DNA of 64,000 nucleotides from an uncultured Chthoniobacterales bacterium (GCA_937924445.1 CALDSX010000009.1:25141-89140); one strand, 5' to 3'; positions 1 through 10,647 are shown, numbered from the stretch's first letter. Notes: generated from the sequence alone by a model not told the origin. Numbers and translations are program-made.

Positions 1-239
1 ATGACGACCCAGGCGGGGCACATCACGGCGAAATTGACGGCTTCGACAGCAAACGGGCCGCGACCGAGATTACCAACGGCTTTTTGAATCGCCGCTAGGA
101 TATCCTCCGGAGCCACTTCGACTTTTGGGCCGTCGCAACGGGATCGAAAGAATGCTCTGCCGGATTCCTTGAGCAGACGTCTTCCTTTGAGTATCCCTGC
201 AATCACAGAGGAAGAACCAATATCAATCGCAAGAATCAT
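1..239 (-). CDS. FGGY/ASKHA-type carbohydrate kinase, N-terminal fragment (gene continues beyond window start)
   Basis: Reverse-strand ATG at 239-237 opens a frame reading MILAIDIGSSSVIAGILKGRRLL..., which stays open to position 1. ILAIDxGoSS is the phosphate-1 motif of FGGY sugar kinases. The ORF is absent from the track because it is truncated at the window edge. Confidence 0.5.
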   Translation of the reverse strand, partial: MILAIDIGSSSVIAGILKGRRLLKESGRAFFRSRCDGPKVEVAPEDILAAIQKAVGNLGRGPFAVEAVNFAVMCPAWVV

Positions 240-447
240 AAAATCTAAGATTCAATTATAATAGCGCTCAAATTTTCATTTTCTACGCTCAACTCTGAGG
301 ATTACTTCATCAACAACCTGTCTTTTTGCCGACAGATCATTCGCCCCACGCCTCTTGGGGAGGAGGCGGTTTGGACAACCGATGTCGTCCGGGGGCATAA
401 TCCAGCTGCTCCTTCCCTTGGTGGTGACATTTGAGCTTCGGGCTGGT

Positions 448-2208
448 TCAGCTCGGGCGGTCGCTATCGAGAATGCGCAACCGGGTGGGATGACGCATTT
501 TTCGCAGAGCCTTGGCCTCAATCTGTCGAATGCGTTCGCGGGTAACGCAGAACATACGGCCTACTTCCTCCAAGGTGCGGCATGAACCATCCGCGAGTCC
601 GAAACGTTGTTCGAGCACTTGGCGTTCGCGCGGGCTGAGCGTTTCGAGAACGTCCCGAATTTTTTCCCGCATCAATGTCTTAGAGGTCAAATCGGCTGGG
701 GATTCTGCCGCTTTGTCTTCGATGAAATCACCAAAAAGAGAATCCTCTCCGTCGCCTACGGGAGCCTGTAGAGAGATTGGCTGTTGCGCCATGCGGAGGA
801 TCGCACGCACTCGGTCGGCCGACAAATGGATTTCCTCAGCGACCTCTTCAGGAGTCGGCTCCCTCCCATATTCCTGGTGAAGCTGTTTTTGAACACGAAC
901 AAGCCGGTTAATAGTATCCATCATGTGGACAGGGATTCGGATGGTGCGACTTTGGTCAGCAATAGCGCGAGTGATCGATTGACGAATCCACCAGGTGGCG
1001 TAGGTGGAAAATTTGTAGCCGCGACGGTATTCAAATTTTTCGACAGCCCGCATGAGACCGACGTTCCCTTCCTGAATGAGGTCGAGGAAAGAGAGTCCTC
1101 GCCCGCTGTAATTTTTGGCAATGGCGATAACCAGACGGAGATTTGATTCAACCATCTGGTTTTTGGCTTCATGGGCTCGCGCGAGAGATAGCTTTAGAGA
1201 GTCGTGGACTTCAAGAAATTCATCGTGTGTTGCCCAGAGAAGTTGCTCGAACTCATAGAGTTTTTGCTGCGCGGAGAGAGGAGTTGCACCTTCTTTGCCT
1301 TGGTGGGTTGATTCGGCTGATGGGGGATCTTTCCTGGTGTTACCCTCCAGATCGGCTTGTTCCTTTAGAAGAACGAGAAGGCGACGATTGTTGTCGGCGA
1401 TTTCGACGAATTGTTCATTGATAAGTTGTTTGAAGTTAAATTTCGGGTAGAGGCGACAGAGCGCTTTGTGGGAGGCATCAAATTTGGCACGCGCACGGGC
1501 AATAGCAGCAGGAGCTTTGAGGGCGGTCAGTTCGCGATAAGCTTGGGCCGTTTCCTCGGCGAGTGCGTCAACCTGTTTGATGAGGTTCGGCAAAGACCGT
1601 AGAAACTTGTCGCGACTTTCGATTTTTCGATCGAGTATTACGCGGTCGAATCGCTCCTGCCCATTAATGAGTTTGCGAGCAAGGTCGAGGTAAGCGCGTG
1701 CGGTAAACCCGAAACGTTCAAGGCAAGTTCGGACGTGATCTTGGGCTTCTTCAATCCGTCGGCAAATGGCTACTTCTTCCTGACGGGAAAGCAACTTTGC
1801 CCCGGCCATTTCCCGCAGGTATGTGCGGACAGGGTCTTCTCCCGGCTCGGAGGATTCTGACGCGGTATCTGCTTCCGAAAGTTCTGCTGCCGTTGATGGA
1901 TCCTTGCGTGGCTCTGGGGGGGCGTCCACTTGGGAACTGTCGATGAGATTGATCTCTAACTCTCGAAGGCGATCAACGATCTCGTCCACACACGTTGGAT
2001 TGCATAGATCAGGTGGCAATGCTTCATTGAGATCGTCGTAGGTAAGATACCCCTGCTCGCGACGTAACGAGACGAGATAGCGAACTCTTTCCTTTACGAG
2101 ATCCTCCTCTTTGGTCGCCGTTTTCTCAACTGGCGGCGTGGTGGTGGGGGAGGAGGAATTTTTTTTGCCGTTGCCGTTTTCGAAGCTTCGCGATCTCACA
2201 GGGAGCAC
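448..2208 (-). CDS. rpoD: RNA polymerase primary sigma factor (sigma-70)
   Basis: 586-aa ORF. Region 2 is present ([32 protein letters not shown]). Region 4 HTH is present ([30 protein letters not shown]). The N-terminal region 1 is acidic. The gene lies directly downstream of dnaG, as in the classic dnaG-rpoD arrangement. Confidence 0.97.
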   Translation of the reverse strand: MLPVRSRSFENGNGKKNSSSPTTTPPVEKTATKEEDLVKERVRYLVSLRREQGYLTYDDLNEALPPDLCNPTCVDEIVDRLRELEINLIDSSQVDAPPEPRKDPSTAAELSEADTASESSEPGEDPVRTYLREMAGAKLLSRQEEVAICRRIEEAQDHVRTCLERFGFTARAYLDLARKLINGQERFDRVILDRKIESRDKFLRSLPNLIKQVDALAEETAQAYRELTALKAPAAIARARAKFDASHKALCRLYPKFNFKQLINEQFVEIADNNRRLLVLLKEQADLEGNTRKDPPSAESTHQGKEGATPLSAQQKLYEFEQLLWATHDEFLEVHDSLKLSLARAHEAKNQMVESNLRLVIAIAKNYSGRGLSFLDLIQEGNVGLMRAVEKFEYRRGYKFSTYATWWIRQSITRAIADQSRTIRIPVHMMDTINRLVRVQKQLHQEYGREPTPEEVAEEIHLSADRVRAILRMAQQPISLQAPVGDGEDSLFGDFIEDKAAESPADLTSKTLMREKIRDVLETLSPRERQVLEQRFGLADGSCRTLEEVGRMFCVTRERIRQIEAKALRKMRHPTRLRILDSDRPS

Positions 2209-2307
2209 AGGTGAGGCTGTTATGCCAAGTAGGAGCGCATTGGTGACTGGTTAATGGGGGAAGATATGAGAAGAGTCCGATTTGATCGGCTCTGCTGGCC
2301 CCAATAC

Positions 2308-4113
2308 TTAACCTTCGTCGGATTCAATGTTCTGAAGGTGCGCCAAAGCTTTGCGGTGGTCAACAATTTCTTTTGCAAGCCTTGAGAGTTCCGAGAAGTC
2401 GGGATTTTCCGAGGCAGCAATCCTGTCGCGTTTTGAGACGAGCTTCGCGATGGCGGAGCGGATCGTGATTTCGTGCCACCAGCGCTTGGCGATTTGGATT
2501 GAACCACGAGGCGGATTTGCATCTGCGAGAGAGGCCAGGTAGGCTGCAAGCCCCGGCCGGGATGCCGCATCGGCCAGTGGGGTGAGCGCTTTGTCTTCTC
2601 CTGCTCCGAGAATGAGTGCGAGTGGTTCGGGGTCCGTATCCATTTCAGAGAGGATGGTGCGCCAGTCTTGGTTCCTCAGCCATGTGCGAATCTCGGCGTT
2701 ATGATAGGTGAGAATGCAAAGAATGTGGATTGGTTCTGAAGGGCGAATTTGGTTGCCTGCTTCTTTGAGAGGATTGTCCTGAGTTTGGGTTGGCTTTATG
2801 CCAAGGGAATTGGACTTGGGCACTTTTGGCAGGCGTTTTGCGAGAACGTTCACCGAGAACCCGAGCCCGGAGGCAGCTTTCATGAGCAAATCTTCGCGAA
2901 CAACCGGATCGCTGGCAGCAGCGACCGCTGCGGCCGCCAGATCGGCTGCCTCCATGCGCCCTCGCGTGGTGGAGAGATCGTGTTCGCGACGAAGGCGCGC
3001 GACGAAAAATCTGATGAACTCCGGAGCGGCATCGAGAATTTTAACCAAATGCTCGGGCCCGTTTTTTAGAATGAAAGAGTCGGGATCTTCGCCGCTTGGT
3101 AAAAGGGCGACACGAACACTGAGACCGGCATCGGTCAGGATTGGAAAGGCGCGACAGGCGGCTTGCTGACCAGCCTCGTCTGAATCGAGACAAAGGATCA
3201 CTTCTTCGGCATAACGTTTGATTAAACGCGCTTGTTCCGGCGTCAAGGCTGTGCCCTGAGGGGCGACGGTATTTAGGATTCCGGCGCGATGGCAGCGGAT
3301 GAGGTCGATTTGTCCTTCGATAAGAATGGCAGTTTTCGCATCGAGAATGGCTTTGCGGGCTCGATCTAGGCCGAAAAGCACCCGGCTCTTTTTAAACAGT
3401 GAGGTCTCGGGTGAGTTTAGGTATTTCGGAGCGCTGGGATCTTCACGGAGAAGTCGTCCACTGAATGCCACCACTTCACCGATTTCATTGCGGATGGGAA
3501 ACATTATTCTGCCCCGAAACCGGTCGTAAACTTCGCTTGGTGATGTTGCGTCTTTTGTCAGGACCAATCCCGATTCGAGAAGTTCCTCGGAGGTGTAACC
3601 TCTCGCGGATGCCCAATCGAACAGAGCGCGCCGCTGATCCAGCGCAAAACCGAGACGCCATAGCTTGGCCACATCCGAACTGAGTTCCCGTCTCTTCAAA
3701 TATTCTCGCGCCACAGATGCCTCGGCGCTTTTGAGAAGAATTCTATGGAACCACTCGGTCGCCTCGGCGTGCAAGTTTTTCAGGCGATCTCTCCGCGTGC
3801 TTTCGGTGCGGGTTTCAAAACCCACCTCAGGTAGTGGGACGCCTGCCCGCTGGGCGAGTTTGCGAACCGCCGAAGGAAAATCAAGATTTTCATAATCCAT
3901 TACAAAGCGGATGACTCCGCCCCCTTTTCCACAACCAAAACAATGGAAGGTTTGGCGTTGAGGGTTGACATGGAAGGAAGGGGTTTTCTCGTTGTGAAAA
4001 GGGCAGAGGGCGCGGAAGGAGGAGCCTGCTTTTTTGAGTGGCAGATAGCTGCCGATGATTTCAACGATGTCGTTGGCCTCGGCTACCCGGCGAATGGCTT
4101 CTTCTGGGATCAT
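2308..4113 (-). CDS. dnaG: DNA primase
   Basis: Zinc-ribbon CPFHNEKTPSFHVNPQRQTFHCFGCGKGG. TOPRIM-like ILIEGQIDLI...LCLDSDEAGQQA. The ORF opens at 4194, but the Met of MIPEEAIRRVAEANDIVE at 4113 is the more plausible start and avoids overlap with the miaA 3' end. Confidence 0.93.
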   Translation of the reverse strand: MIPEEAIRRVAEANDIVEIIGSYLPLKKAGSSFRALCPFHNEKTPSFHVNPQRQTFHCFGCGKGGGVIRFVMDYENLDFPSAVRKLAQRAGVPLPEVGFETRTESTRRDRLKNLHAEATEWFHRILLKSAEASVAREYLKRRELSSDVAKLWRLGFALDQRRALFDWASARGYTSEELLESGLVLTKDATSPSEVYDRFRGRIMFPIRNEIGEVVAFSGRLLREDPSAPKYLNSPETSLFKKSRVLFGLDRARKAILDAKTAILIEGQIDLIRCHRAGILNTVAPQGTALTPEQARLIKRYAEEVILCLDSDEAGQQAACRAFPILTDAGLSVRVALLPSGEDPDSFILKNGPEHLVKILDAAPEFIRFFVARLRREHDLSTTRGRMEAADLAAAAVAAASDPVVREDLLMKAASGLGFSVNVLAKRLPKVPKSNSLGIKPTQTQDNPLKEAGNQIRPSEPIHILCILTYHNAEIRTWLRNQDWRTILSEMDTDPEPLALILGAGEDKALTPLADAASRPGLAAYLASLADANPPRGSIQIAKRWWHEITIRSAIAKLVSKRDRIAASENPDFSELSRLAKEIVDHRKALAHLQNIESDEG

Positions 4114-4156
4114 GAGATTGAAGAGGGAGGCAGAAGACGAACAGGGAGCATGTGAA

Positions 4157-5071
4157 TTAAAAAGACAACTCAGCGATGTGAGTGGCCGGATCAAGGCAGT
4201 TCTTTTCCAGCTCTTGCAAGTCCAACTGCCGAAACCACGGTCGGGCGTTGAACCAAGTCATCTGACGTTTGGCGTATTTTCGAGTCGCCATGTTAATCTG
4301 ACCGATGCAGTCCTGGAGGGAAAGTTCCCCATCGAGGTAAGCCCAAATTTCATTCAGACCAATCGGCGGCCGTGCGAGCGGGCGCTTGCCAAATGCTGCG
4401 ACTTCCTCTGTAACTTCGGCATCAAACATCTCCGCTGTGCGTTGCGTGATAAGTGAGTGCAAAGAGGTCCGGTTGCGGACGAGGAGAAACGCTTTGATTT
4501 CAGCAGTTGGGGTGGCCTTCCACTGAGCGTCAGGTGGGGTGACCTGTCCGAGCATGGCTCGCTCCAGAGCGCGTTCCACCCTGCGGCGGTTGGCCAGATC
4601 AATCCGGGCTGCCCATGCGGGAGCGGTCGCGATGAGTTTCTGTTGCAGTTCCTTGTTACTCATCGTGGACAGCTCTCTGCGAATATCCGGCGAAGGCGGC
4701 GGTGCCGGGGCGAGACCTAAAGCGAGTGCTTGTAAATAAAGACCTGTTCCACCAACAATAATTGGGCGACGGCGTCTGGTGATGATTTCATCTATGACAA
4801 CACGCGCCATTTCCATGTAGTCGAAGACAGAAATTCCCTGATTGGGTGGGAGGCACTGCACCAAATGATGTGGCACCATGCTCCGCGTTTTGGAATCTGG
4901 TGCTGCGGTGAGTATTGGAAACGCGTCATAAATCTGCCTTGCGTCCGCACCAACAACTTCCCCGTCGAGTAATTTTGCTAGACGCAATGCAATGATCGTT
5001 TTTCCCACAGCCGTCGGGCCTGCAAGAAATATGGGCGTTGACTTGGGCATAACCAACTTGGCCGTAAGCAA
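4157..5071 (-). CDS. miaA: tRNA dimethylallyltransferase
   Basis: N-terminal P-loop GPTAVGKT. Also IVGGTGLYLQAL and the C-terminal KRQMTWF motif typical of MiaA. 304 aa. Confidence 0.93.
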   Translation of the reverse strand: MLTAKLVMPKSTPIFLAGPTAVGKTIIALRLAKLLDGEVVGADARQIYDAFPILTAAPDSKTRSMVPHHLVQCLPPNQGISVFDYMEMARVVIDEIITRRRRPIIVGGTGLYLQALALGLAPAPPPSPDIRRELSTMSNKELQQKLIATAPAWAARIDLANRRRVERALERAMLGQVTPPDAQWKATPTAEIKAFLLVRNRTSLHSLITQRTAEMFDAEVTEEVAAFGKRPLARPPIGLNEIWAYLDGELSLQDCIGQINMATRKYAKRQMTWFNARPWFRQLDLQELEKNCLDPATHIAELSF

Positions 5072-5134
5072 AAGGGCGCCCCACCGGAATGGCAGAACGC
5101 CCTGGGCATTAAAGGCGTGCGCTTCAGAGAGCGG

Positions 5135-5722
5135 TTAACCTTCCTTTTGTGCGTAACCCTCCGGCCGAGCCCCGCTGACAAGCAGTTTGCGGCCCATGAA
5201 CTCTCTGTCGTGTAATTCAGCCACTGCTCGTTTTGCGTCGTCGATGCTTTGCATTTGCACAAATGCAAAACCTTTTGAGCGGTGGCTGTTCTTGTGGCTG
5301 ACCACTTCAGCGTTCTGCACTTTTCCGACGCAATTAAAGAGCGCAAACAAGTCGCTCTCTGTCGCATCGTACGAGAGGTTCCCGACGTAAAGCCGCGGGG
5401 ATGTAACTTCTAGGCAGACAGGTGGGCGTGGCGTTCGGACAGGTTGATACGCGGCTGCCTCGGCTATCGGTTTCCGGGTGGGTGATGTTTCATTGGGTTG
5501 AGACGCCTTGGCCGAGGATTTTTGGCCTGTCGTCGCGGAGGATTTGCTGCCGCTCAACAGGTTGGAGATGAAGGTCGTAATCCGTTGCAGAACACTCTGC
5601 TGAGCGACGGCCATCCGTCGCTGTTTGGAAAAAGCATAATGTCTTCGAGATTTCGACCCGGAGAAACCGCGTTTACGGCGTCGGGATTTGCCGCCGCTGC
5701 GGGCGGTCGTCGTGTCATTCAT
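5135..5722 (-). CDS. RRM-type RNA-binding protein with basic Ser/Arg/Lys-rich N-terminal extension
   Basis: C-terminal RRM with RNP2 LYVGNL and RNP1 KGFAFVQM. The track ORF extends to 6172, but its first 150 codons are Cys/Trp-rich and not protein-like. I place the start at the Met of MNDTTTARSGGKSRRRKRG (ATG at 5722-5720). Confidence 0.8.
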   Translation of the reverse strand: MNDTTTARSGGKSRRRKRGFSGSKSRRHYAFSKQRRMAVAQQSVLQRITTFISNLLSGSKSSATTGQKSSAKASQPNETSPTRKPIAEAAAYQPVRTPRPPVCLEVTSPRLYVGNLSYDATESDLFALFNCVGKVQNAEVVSHKNSHRSKGFAFVQMQSIDDAKRAVAELHDREFMGRKLLVSGARPEGYAQKEG

Positions 5723-6193
5723 GGATGTTGTATCAACGATTGTTGTATGCAACGGGCTCTCCTCAGTGCTTGCCTGTGCGAAAACAAACAATGGCAGGAG
5801 ACGGCTCTTTAGCCACCACGCAAAGCAGCGGAGGATGGCCCGCGATCTGTTATTTTTGATATTTTCGGGGCAGCCCACAAACGAGCACAAGCCCGCTCGT
5901 AGCACGCCACCGATGTCCTCTGTTTTTTGACTGTGCTCTTGCTGGTTTTGCGGGTGAATACTGCCGCCGCCTATTTGCCATGTCGCGCAGGGGGACCATG
6001 GAGAGAATTCAGCGAGAGAACACAAGCGCAGGAGGGGCTCTGCCCAAAAATTTGGGCGATCAAAGACATAGAGTTGATTTGAAAAAGCTCCTCTTAACAC
6101 ACATGTGAAGATACACTTGGCGCGCCTGATGGCAAGAGGCTGGAATTTTAATGTTGCGGAAGAACCGAACACGTCAATGTTAATTGATTAGAG

Positions 6194-6916
6194 ATGTTTG
6201 CGACGTTTTTCACTGCTGTCACAACCGCTTTCGGTGCCGGGTTGATCACCGGTATTCATTGCATAGGCATGTGCGGCCCACTCACCTGCGCCCTTTGCCC
6301 AAGGGCCACCCGTGCATTTTCCTCATTGGCTGCTTATCACGCATGCCGGACGCTTTCTTACACTCTGATAGGAACCCTTCTTGGCCTGTTGGGGGAACGA
6401 TTGGAGTTTTTTTTCATCGGCTGGCCGGCGCGGATGCTTCCATGGATTTTCGTGATTTTATTTTTGCTTATCGGATTTGGGCTTGAACGTTTCGTGCCAG
6501 TGCCAGCTTTATTTCGCAAGCTCTGGGCGGACATCGTGGCTTGGAGTTCGCGAAAGCCAGCTGCTGGAGGGGCGGCGTTGGGGCTTGCAACCCCGTTTCT
6601 ACCCTGCGGACCTCTTTACATTGCCTTTGGCATGGCTTTTTCCACCGGGGTCGCTTGGTTCGGCGGGCTGCTTATGTTCTCGTTTGCACTCGGCACTATC
6701 GGCCCGCTTGCGCTCGCTCAAGCGGGATTGATCAAGCTGCGCAACGTTTTCGGCGCGGGAAAAAATGCAGCAGGACTCGTTATCGCTCAGCGAGGGCTTG
6801 CCCTTCTCGCGGCCGGCCTGGTCTGCTGGCGCACAATAGCCGGAGAGCCTTTTCATCCAGGGCAGAACGGACCCTCATGCCCAATGTGCCCTTCATCATG
6901 GGAGAAAAAGCATTAA
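6194..6916 (+). CDS. Polytopic membrane protein of the DsbD_2 / TauE-SafE-like type with Cys-rich metal-type motifs
   Basis: 240 aa with about six hydrophobic segments. GIHCIGMCGPL lies in TM1 and PFLPCGPLY in a later TM. The C-terminal tail carries CPMCP. The family assignment is from motif memory only. Confidence 0.6.
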   Translation: MFATFFTAVTTAFGAGLITGIHCIGMCGPLTCALCPRATRAFSSLAAYHACRTLSYTLIGTLLGLLGERLEFFFIGWPARMLPWIFVILFLLIGFGLERFVPVPALFRKLWADIVAWSSRKPAAGGAALGLATPFLPCGPLYIAFGMAFSTGVAWFGGLLMFSFALGTIGPLALAQAGLIKLRNVFGAGKNAAGLVIAQRGLALLAAGLVCWRTIAGEPFHPGQNGPSCPMCPSSWEKKH

Positions 6917-7030
6917 AATCTGCCAGAGATCAATAAGTTGCATTGGCGGAATGCTGCGGAATGATAAGAATATCCCAAAAGAAAAACCCAGTTGAAACTT
7001 TTTCAGTGAGGAGAATCGGGCAATAAACCT

Positions 7031-8110
7031 ATGAATAATCACATCAAACTCTTCATCCCCGGCCCAGTGGAGGTGTCGGAAAAAACTTTCAAAGCCTTTT
7101 GCTCCCCGATGATCGGGCATCGCTCCGAGTCATTTAAGGAGCTCTATCGCTCGATCCACCCGCGGCTACAGCAGCTTTTTGGAACAAGACAGCCGGTTTT
7201 TCTCTCGACTTCGAGCGCTTGGGGTGTGATGGAAGGCGCAGTTCGTAATCTTGTTCGTGGCAGAGTGCTCAATTGCATGTGCGGCGCATTCTCCGATAAA
7301 TGGAACGACGTCTCTCTGCGCTTGGGTAAAAACACCTGCCGACTGCAGGTTGAATGGGGAGAGCCAATTCGACCGGAACAACTGGACGAGAAACTTGCCT
7401 CCGGCCAATTTGACGCCGTCACCATCATCCACAACGAAACATCAACCGGTGTCCTGAATCCATTATCCGACCTCTGTGCTGTAGCCAAAAAATATCCTGA
7501 AACCCTGCTTATCGTGGACACTGTTTCCTCGTTCTCTGTGTTGCCGATTAACATGGACGAACTCGGAATTGATGTTCTATTGACTGGCAGTCAGAAAGCC
7601 CTTGCCCTCCCTCCAGGGCTGGCGTTGTTCAGCGTTTCTGAACGCGCCTTCCAGCGCGCCTTAGAAATTCCTGATCGCGGCTACTACTTCGACTTTCTCG
7701 AATTCAAGAAAAATCAGGAGGCTGACATGACGCCTTCTACACCTTCGATTTCTCACATTTACGCACTCCGTTCAAAACTAGACGACATTTTTGCCGAGGG
7801 TGTTGAAAACCGTTACGCCCGGCATGCCACCCTCAACACCATGGTTCATGACTGGGTTCGGCGTCATGGGTTTGAGTTTTTTGCTCCGGAGGGCTATCGC
7901 TCCCTTTCACTGACCTGCGTTAAAAACAATCGCGGAATCGATACAGTCAAACTGAACAAACTTCTCAAGGAAAATCATCACATGATCATCGATGGCGGCT
8001 ATGGTAAAATCAAAGGGACCACTTTTCGGATTTCGAACATGGGTGACGAGACCCCCGAAAGCATCACCGCCCTTTTGAACGCTCTTGACGATTGTCTTGC
8101 AAGACTCTGA
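7031..8110 (+). CDS. Class V PLP-dependent aminotransferase (serine-pyruvate / alanine-glyoxylate type)
   Basis: [10 protein letters not shown]-terminus. HNETSTGV. The [12 protein letters not shown] segment carries the Schiff-base lysine. 359 aa. Confidence 0.85.
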   Translation: MNNHIKLFIPGPVEVSEKTFKAFCSPMIGHRSESFKELYRSIHPRLQQLFGTRQPVFLSTSSAWGVMEGAVRNLVRGRVLNCMCGAFSDKWNDVSLRLGKNTCRLQVEWGEPIRPEQLDEKLASGQFDAVTIIHNETSTGVLNPLSDLCAVAKKYPETLLIVDTVSSFSVLPINMDELGIDVLLTGSQKALALPPGLALFSVSERAFQRALEIPDRGYYFDFLEFKKNQEADMTPSTPSISHIYALRSKLDDIFAEGVENRYARHATLNTMVHDWVRRHGFEFFAPEGYRSLSLTCVKNNRGIDTVKLNKLLKENHHMIIDGGYGKIKGTTFRISNMGDETPESITALLNALDDCLARL

Positions 8111-8178
8111 CCAAAAATCTTTTGCCCTTCTCCACCGACTCCATCACCTCTCATTCATTTGAACTGTTTCTTAAAACC

Positions 8179-10155
8179 ATGGATATTGATCTTCTCAAAA
8201 AAGCGGCCAACCAGGCGCGCGGCCTCGCGATTGATGCTGTTCATGCCTGTAGCAGTGGGCACCTCGGTCTGCCTCTTGGTTGTGCGGAAATTGGTGCAGT
8301 TCTCTTCGGATATGCTCTTCGCCATGATCCTTCTGATCCCGGCTGGCTGAACCGCGACCGGTTCGTTCTTTCCGCCGGCCATGGAAGCATGTTTCTCTAT
8401 GGATGGCTCCACCTCAGCGGCTACGCACTGCCCATAGAGGAGATCAAAGCGTTCCGCAAAATGGGCTCCAAAACGCCCGGACATCCCGAATTTAAGGAGA
8501 CGCCGGGGGTCGAATGCACCACTGGCCCCCTCGGGCAGGGCGTGGGTAACGCTGTCGGCATGGCTGTGGCTACCAAGATGGCCGCAGCCCGCTTCAACAC
8601 CTCTGAACATACAATTTTTGATCATCACGTTATTTGTCTTGCTGGAGATGGGTGCCTCCAGGAAGGCGTGGCCGCCGAAGCCTCCGCTTTTGCAGGGCAT
8701 TTTAAACTCGATAACCTCATCTTCATCTACGATTCTAATGATGTCACCTTGGACGCCCCGGCAGCCGCCACCCAAAGCGAGGACACGCAAAAACGCTACG
8801 AGGCTTATGGGTTTGATGTGCAACAGGTGGACGGGCACGACATGCCCGCTTTCCTGGCCGCCTTCCAAAAAGCAAAATCCGCAAAAGGCCGCCCGCAACT
8901 CATCATCGCCAAAACTGAGATTGCCCGAGGTATTCCGGAAGTGGCAGGGACTGCCAAAGGCCACGGTGAGGGTGGGGCAAAGTTTGCTGAGGCAGCCCGG
9001 AGAGGTCTCGGGCTGCCGGTGGAGCTTTTCCACGTGTCCGAAGACGTTCGAGAGTATTTTGCCGAGCATGCCAAATCTCTCGCCAAGGAACATGCGGAAT
9101 GGAACCTCAAGTTTGAAGCATGGCGTTTTGCCAACCCTGGCTTGGCACAGGAACTACAGAATATTCTTTCAGGGCGCCTCCCGACCGGGCTTTTGGATCA
9201 TATTCCTCCGTTTGATCCCTCTGTCAAAGTGGCTACGCGTAAGGCCGGGGCTGATGTTCTCCAGCCCCTCGCCAAAGCCTGTCCTCAGCTTATCAGCGGA
9301 AGCGCCGATCTTCACGGCTCAACATTAAACATGATTGCAGGCGGTGGCGATTTCACCCCCGAGAACCTCGCCGGAAGAAATATTCGCTTTGGAATACGTG
9401 AACATGCTATGGGAGCCATCCTCAATGGCTTTGCATACCACGGCATTTTCCGGCCTTCAGGTGCTACCTTCCTCGTCTTCTCCGATTATCTTCGACCCTC
9501 CATCCGAGTCGCCGCGCTCTCTCACCTGCCAGTTATTTACATTTTCACTCACGACTCTGTCGGGGTCGGTGAGGATGGTCCCACACATCAGCCTGTCGAA
9601 ACCGTCAGCGCTCTTCGGCTGATTCCAAACTTGGACGTTATACGCCCGGCCGACCCCGAGGAGACTGCCGCAGCGTTTGTCTCTGCTCTCGAACGCACGA
9701 GCGGTCCAACGGCCCTCATACTCACCCGTCAAGCGGTGCCAAACCTGCCACTCTCCGCTGAGCAACGGCGGCAGGGCGCTCTGCGCGGAGGGTATGTCGT
9801 GAAAGAGGAATCCACTCCGCTGGAATGTATCGTTATTGCCTCGGGCAGCGAAGTTCAGCACGCCCTGGCCGCTGCCGAAACTCTCGGTTCAGGCGTCCGT
9901 GTCGTCAGCCTTCCTTCCTTCGAAATTTTTGACCGCCAGTCGGCTGATTACCGTGAACAAGTACTTCCGTCTTCTTGTAAAAAACGGGTTGCTATCGAGG
10001 CCGGAGTGACCTCCCTGTGGTGTAAATATGTCGGAACGCAGGGCCGCATCATCGGCATCGAACGCTTCGGCTTGAGCGCCCCTGGTGGAGAGGTGATGAA
10101 GGCTCTTGGGATTACCGCCGACGCTGTCGTTGCGGCTGTTCGCGAACTCGCCTGA
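8179..10155 (+). CDS. tkt: Transketolase
   Basis: [21 protein letters not shown], a TPP-binding segment. [18 protein letters not shown]. The track ORF opens at 8092, but [21 protein letters not shown] at 8179 matches the usual Tkt N-terminus. Confidence 0.97.
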   Translation: MDIDLLKKAANQARGLAIDAVHACSSGHLGLPLGCAEIGAVLFGYALRHDPSDPGWLNRDRFVLSAGHGSMFLYGWLHLSGYALPIEEIKAFRKMGSKTPGHPEFKETPGVECTTGPLGQGVGNAVGMAVATKMAAARFNTSEHTIFDHHVICLAGDGCLQEGVAAEASAFAGHFKLDNLIFIYDSNDVTLDAPAAATQSEDTQKRYEAYGFDVQQVDGHDMPAFLAAFQKAKSAKGRPQLIIAKTEIARGIPEVAGTAKGHGEGGAKFAEAARRGLGLPVELFHVSEDVREYFAEHAKSLAKEHAEWNLKFEAWRFANPGLAQELQNILSGRLPTGLLDHIPPFDPSVKVATRKAGADVLQPLAKACPQLISGSADLHGSTLNMIAGGGDFTPENLAGRNIRFGIREHAMGAILNGFAYHGIFRPSGATFLVFSDYLRPSIRVAALSHLPVIYIFTHDSVGVGEDGPTHQPVETVSALRLIPNLDVIRPADPEETAAAFVSALERTSGPTALILTRQAVPNLPLSAEQRRQGALRGGYVVKEESTPLECIVIASGSEVQHALAAAETLGSGVRVVSLPSFEIFDRQSADYREQVLPSSCKKRVAIEAGVTSLWCKYVGTQGRIIGIERFGLSAPGGEVMKALGITADAVVAAVRELA

Positions 10156-10167
10156 CTCGGGCCGTTC

Positions 10168-10647
10168 TTAGCCTCCCGAGCGTCTGCCCGATTTACCTTC
10201 TCCTCTGTGGTAGGGATGACCTTTGATTATTGTAAAAGCCCGATAAATTTGCTCCAGCAAAACCACCTGCGCGAGTTCATGCTGAAGAGTCAGCGGGCCG
10301 AGCGAAAGCGACCATGCCGCACACGATCGCACCTCCGCCGAATGGCCTTCTGCTCCGCCAATGAGGAAAGCAAGATCTTTTCCCTCTCGAACGATGTGAC
10401 GTTCCAGACGCTTCGAAAACGCCTCGCTGGAAAGGTTCTCTCCTCTTGGATCAAGTGCCACAACAAGGGCACCGGATACTGCAGCGAGAAGATCTCTCCC
10501 TTCAGACAGAGAATTTCCTGGCGCGACAGAACGAAATTCCAACCGAATAGGCCGTGCCAAAAAAACCGTCCGTTCTGCATATTCGGCAATCGCTAACCTG
10601 GCATATTCCAGGGCGGGACGACCAACGGCAGCAACAATAAGTTTCAA
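10168..10647 (-). CDS. rlmH: 23S rRNA (pseudouridine1915-N3)-methyltransferase
   Basis: 159 aa, SPOUT-type. MKLIVAAVGRP start, LIGGAEGHS, and LSLGPLTLQHELAQVVLLEQIYRAFTIIKGHPYHR at the C-terminus. Confidence 0.9.
   Translation of the reverse strand: MKLIVAAVGRPALEYARLAIAEYAERTVFLARPIRLEFRSVAPGNSLSEGRDLLAAVSGALVVALDPRGENLSSEAFSKRLERHIVREGKDLAFLIGGAEGHSAEVRSCAAWSLSLGPLTLQHELAQVVLLEQIYRAFTIIKGHPYHRGEGKSGRRSGG

Noticed and set aside
5723-6172. The 150-codon N-terminal extension of the 345-aa ORF containing the RRM.
   Set aside because: The composition (many Cys and Trp, no domain-like pattern) is unlike the rest of the proteome in this window. A good internal ATG at 5722 gives a sensible protein. 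I treat the stretch as probably untranslated, but it is flagged separately as an unusually long upstream region.
8155-9093. Long antisense ORFs inside well-supported genes. Examples: 312 aa antisense to tkt; 21887-22630 antisense to der; 25672-26382 antisense to the propeller gene; 28658-29305 and 29456-30208 antisense to nrdJ; 39869-40567 antisense to mutB; 48978-49736 antisense to exbD.
   Set aside because: Each lies opposite a gene with unmistakable family motifs. Their translations are Arg/Gly/Ser/Cys-rich with no recognisable motifs. Such shadow ORFs are expected in moderately GC-rich DNA.
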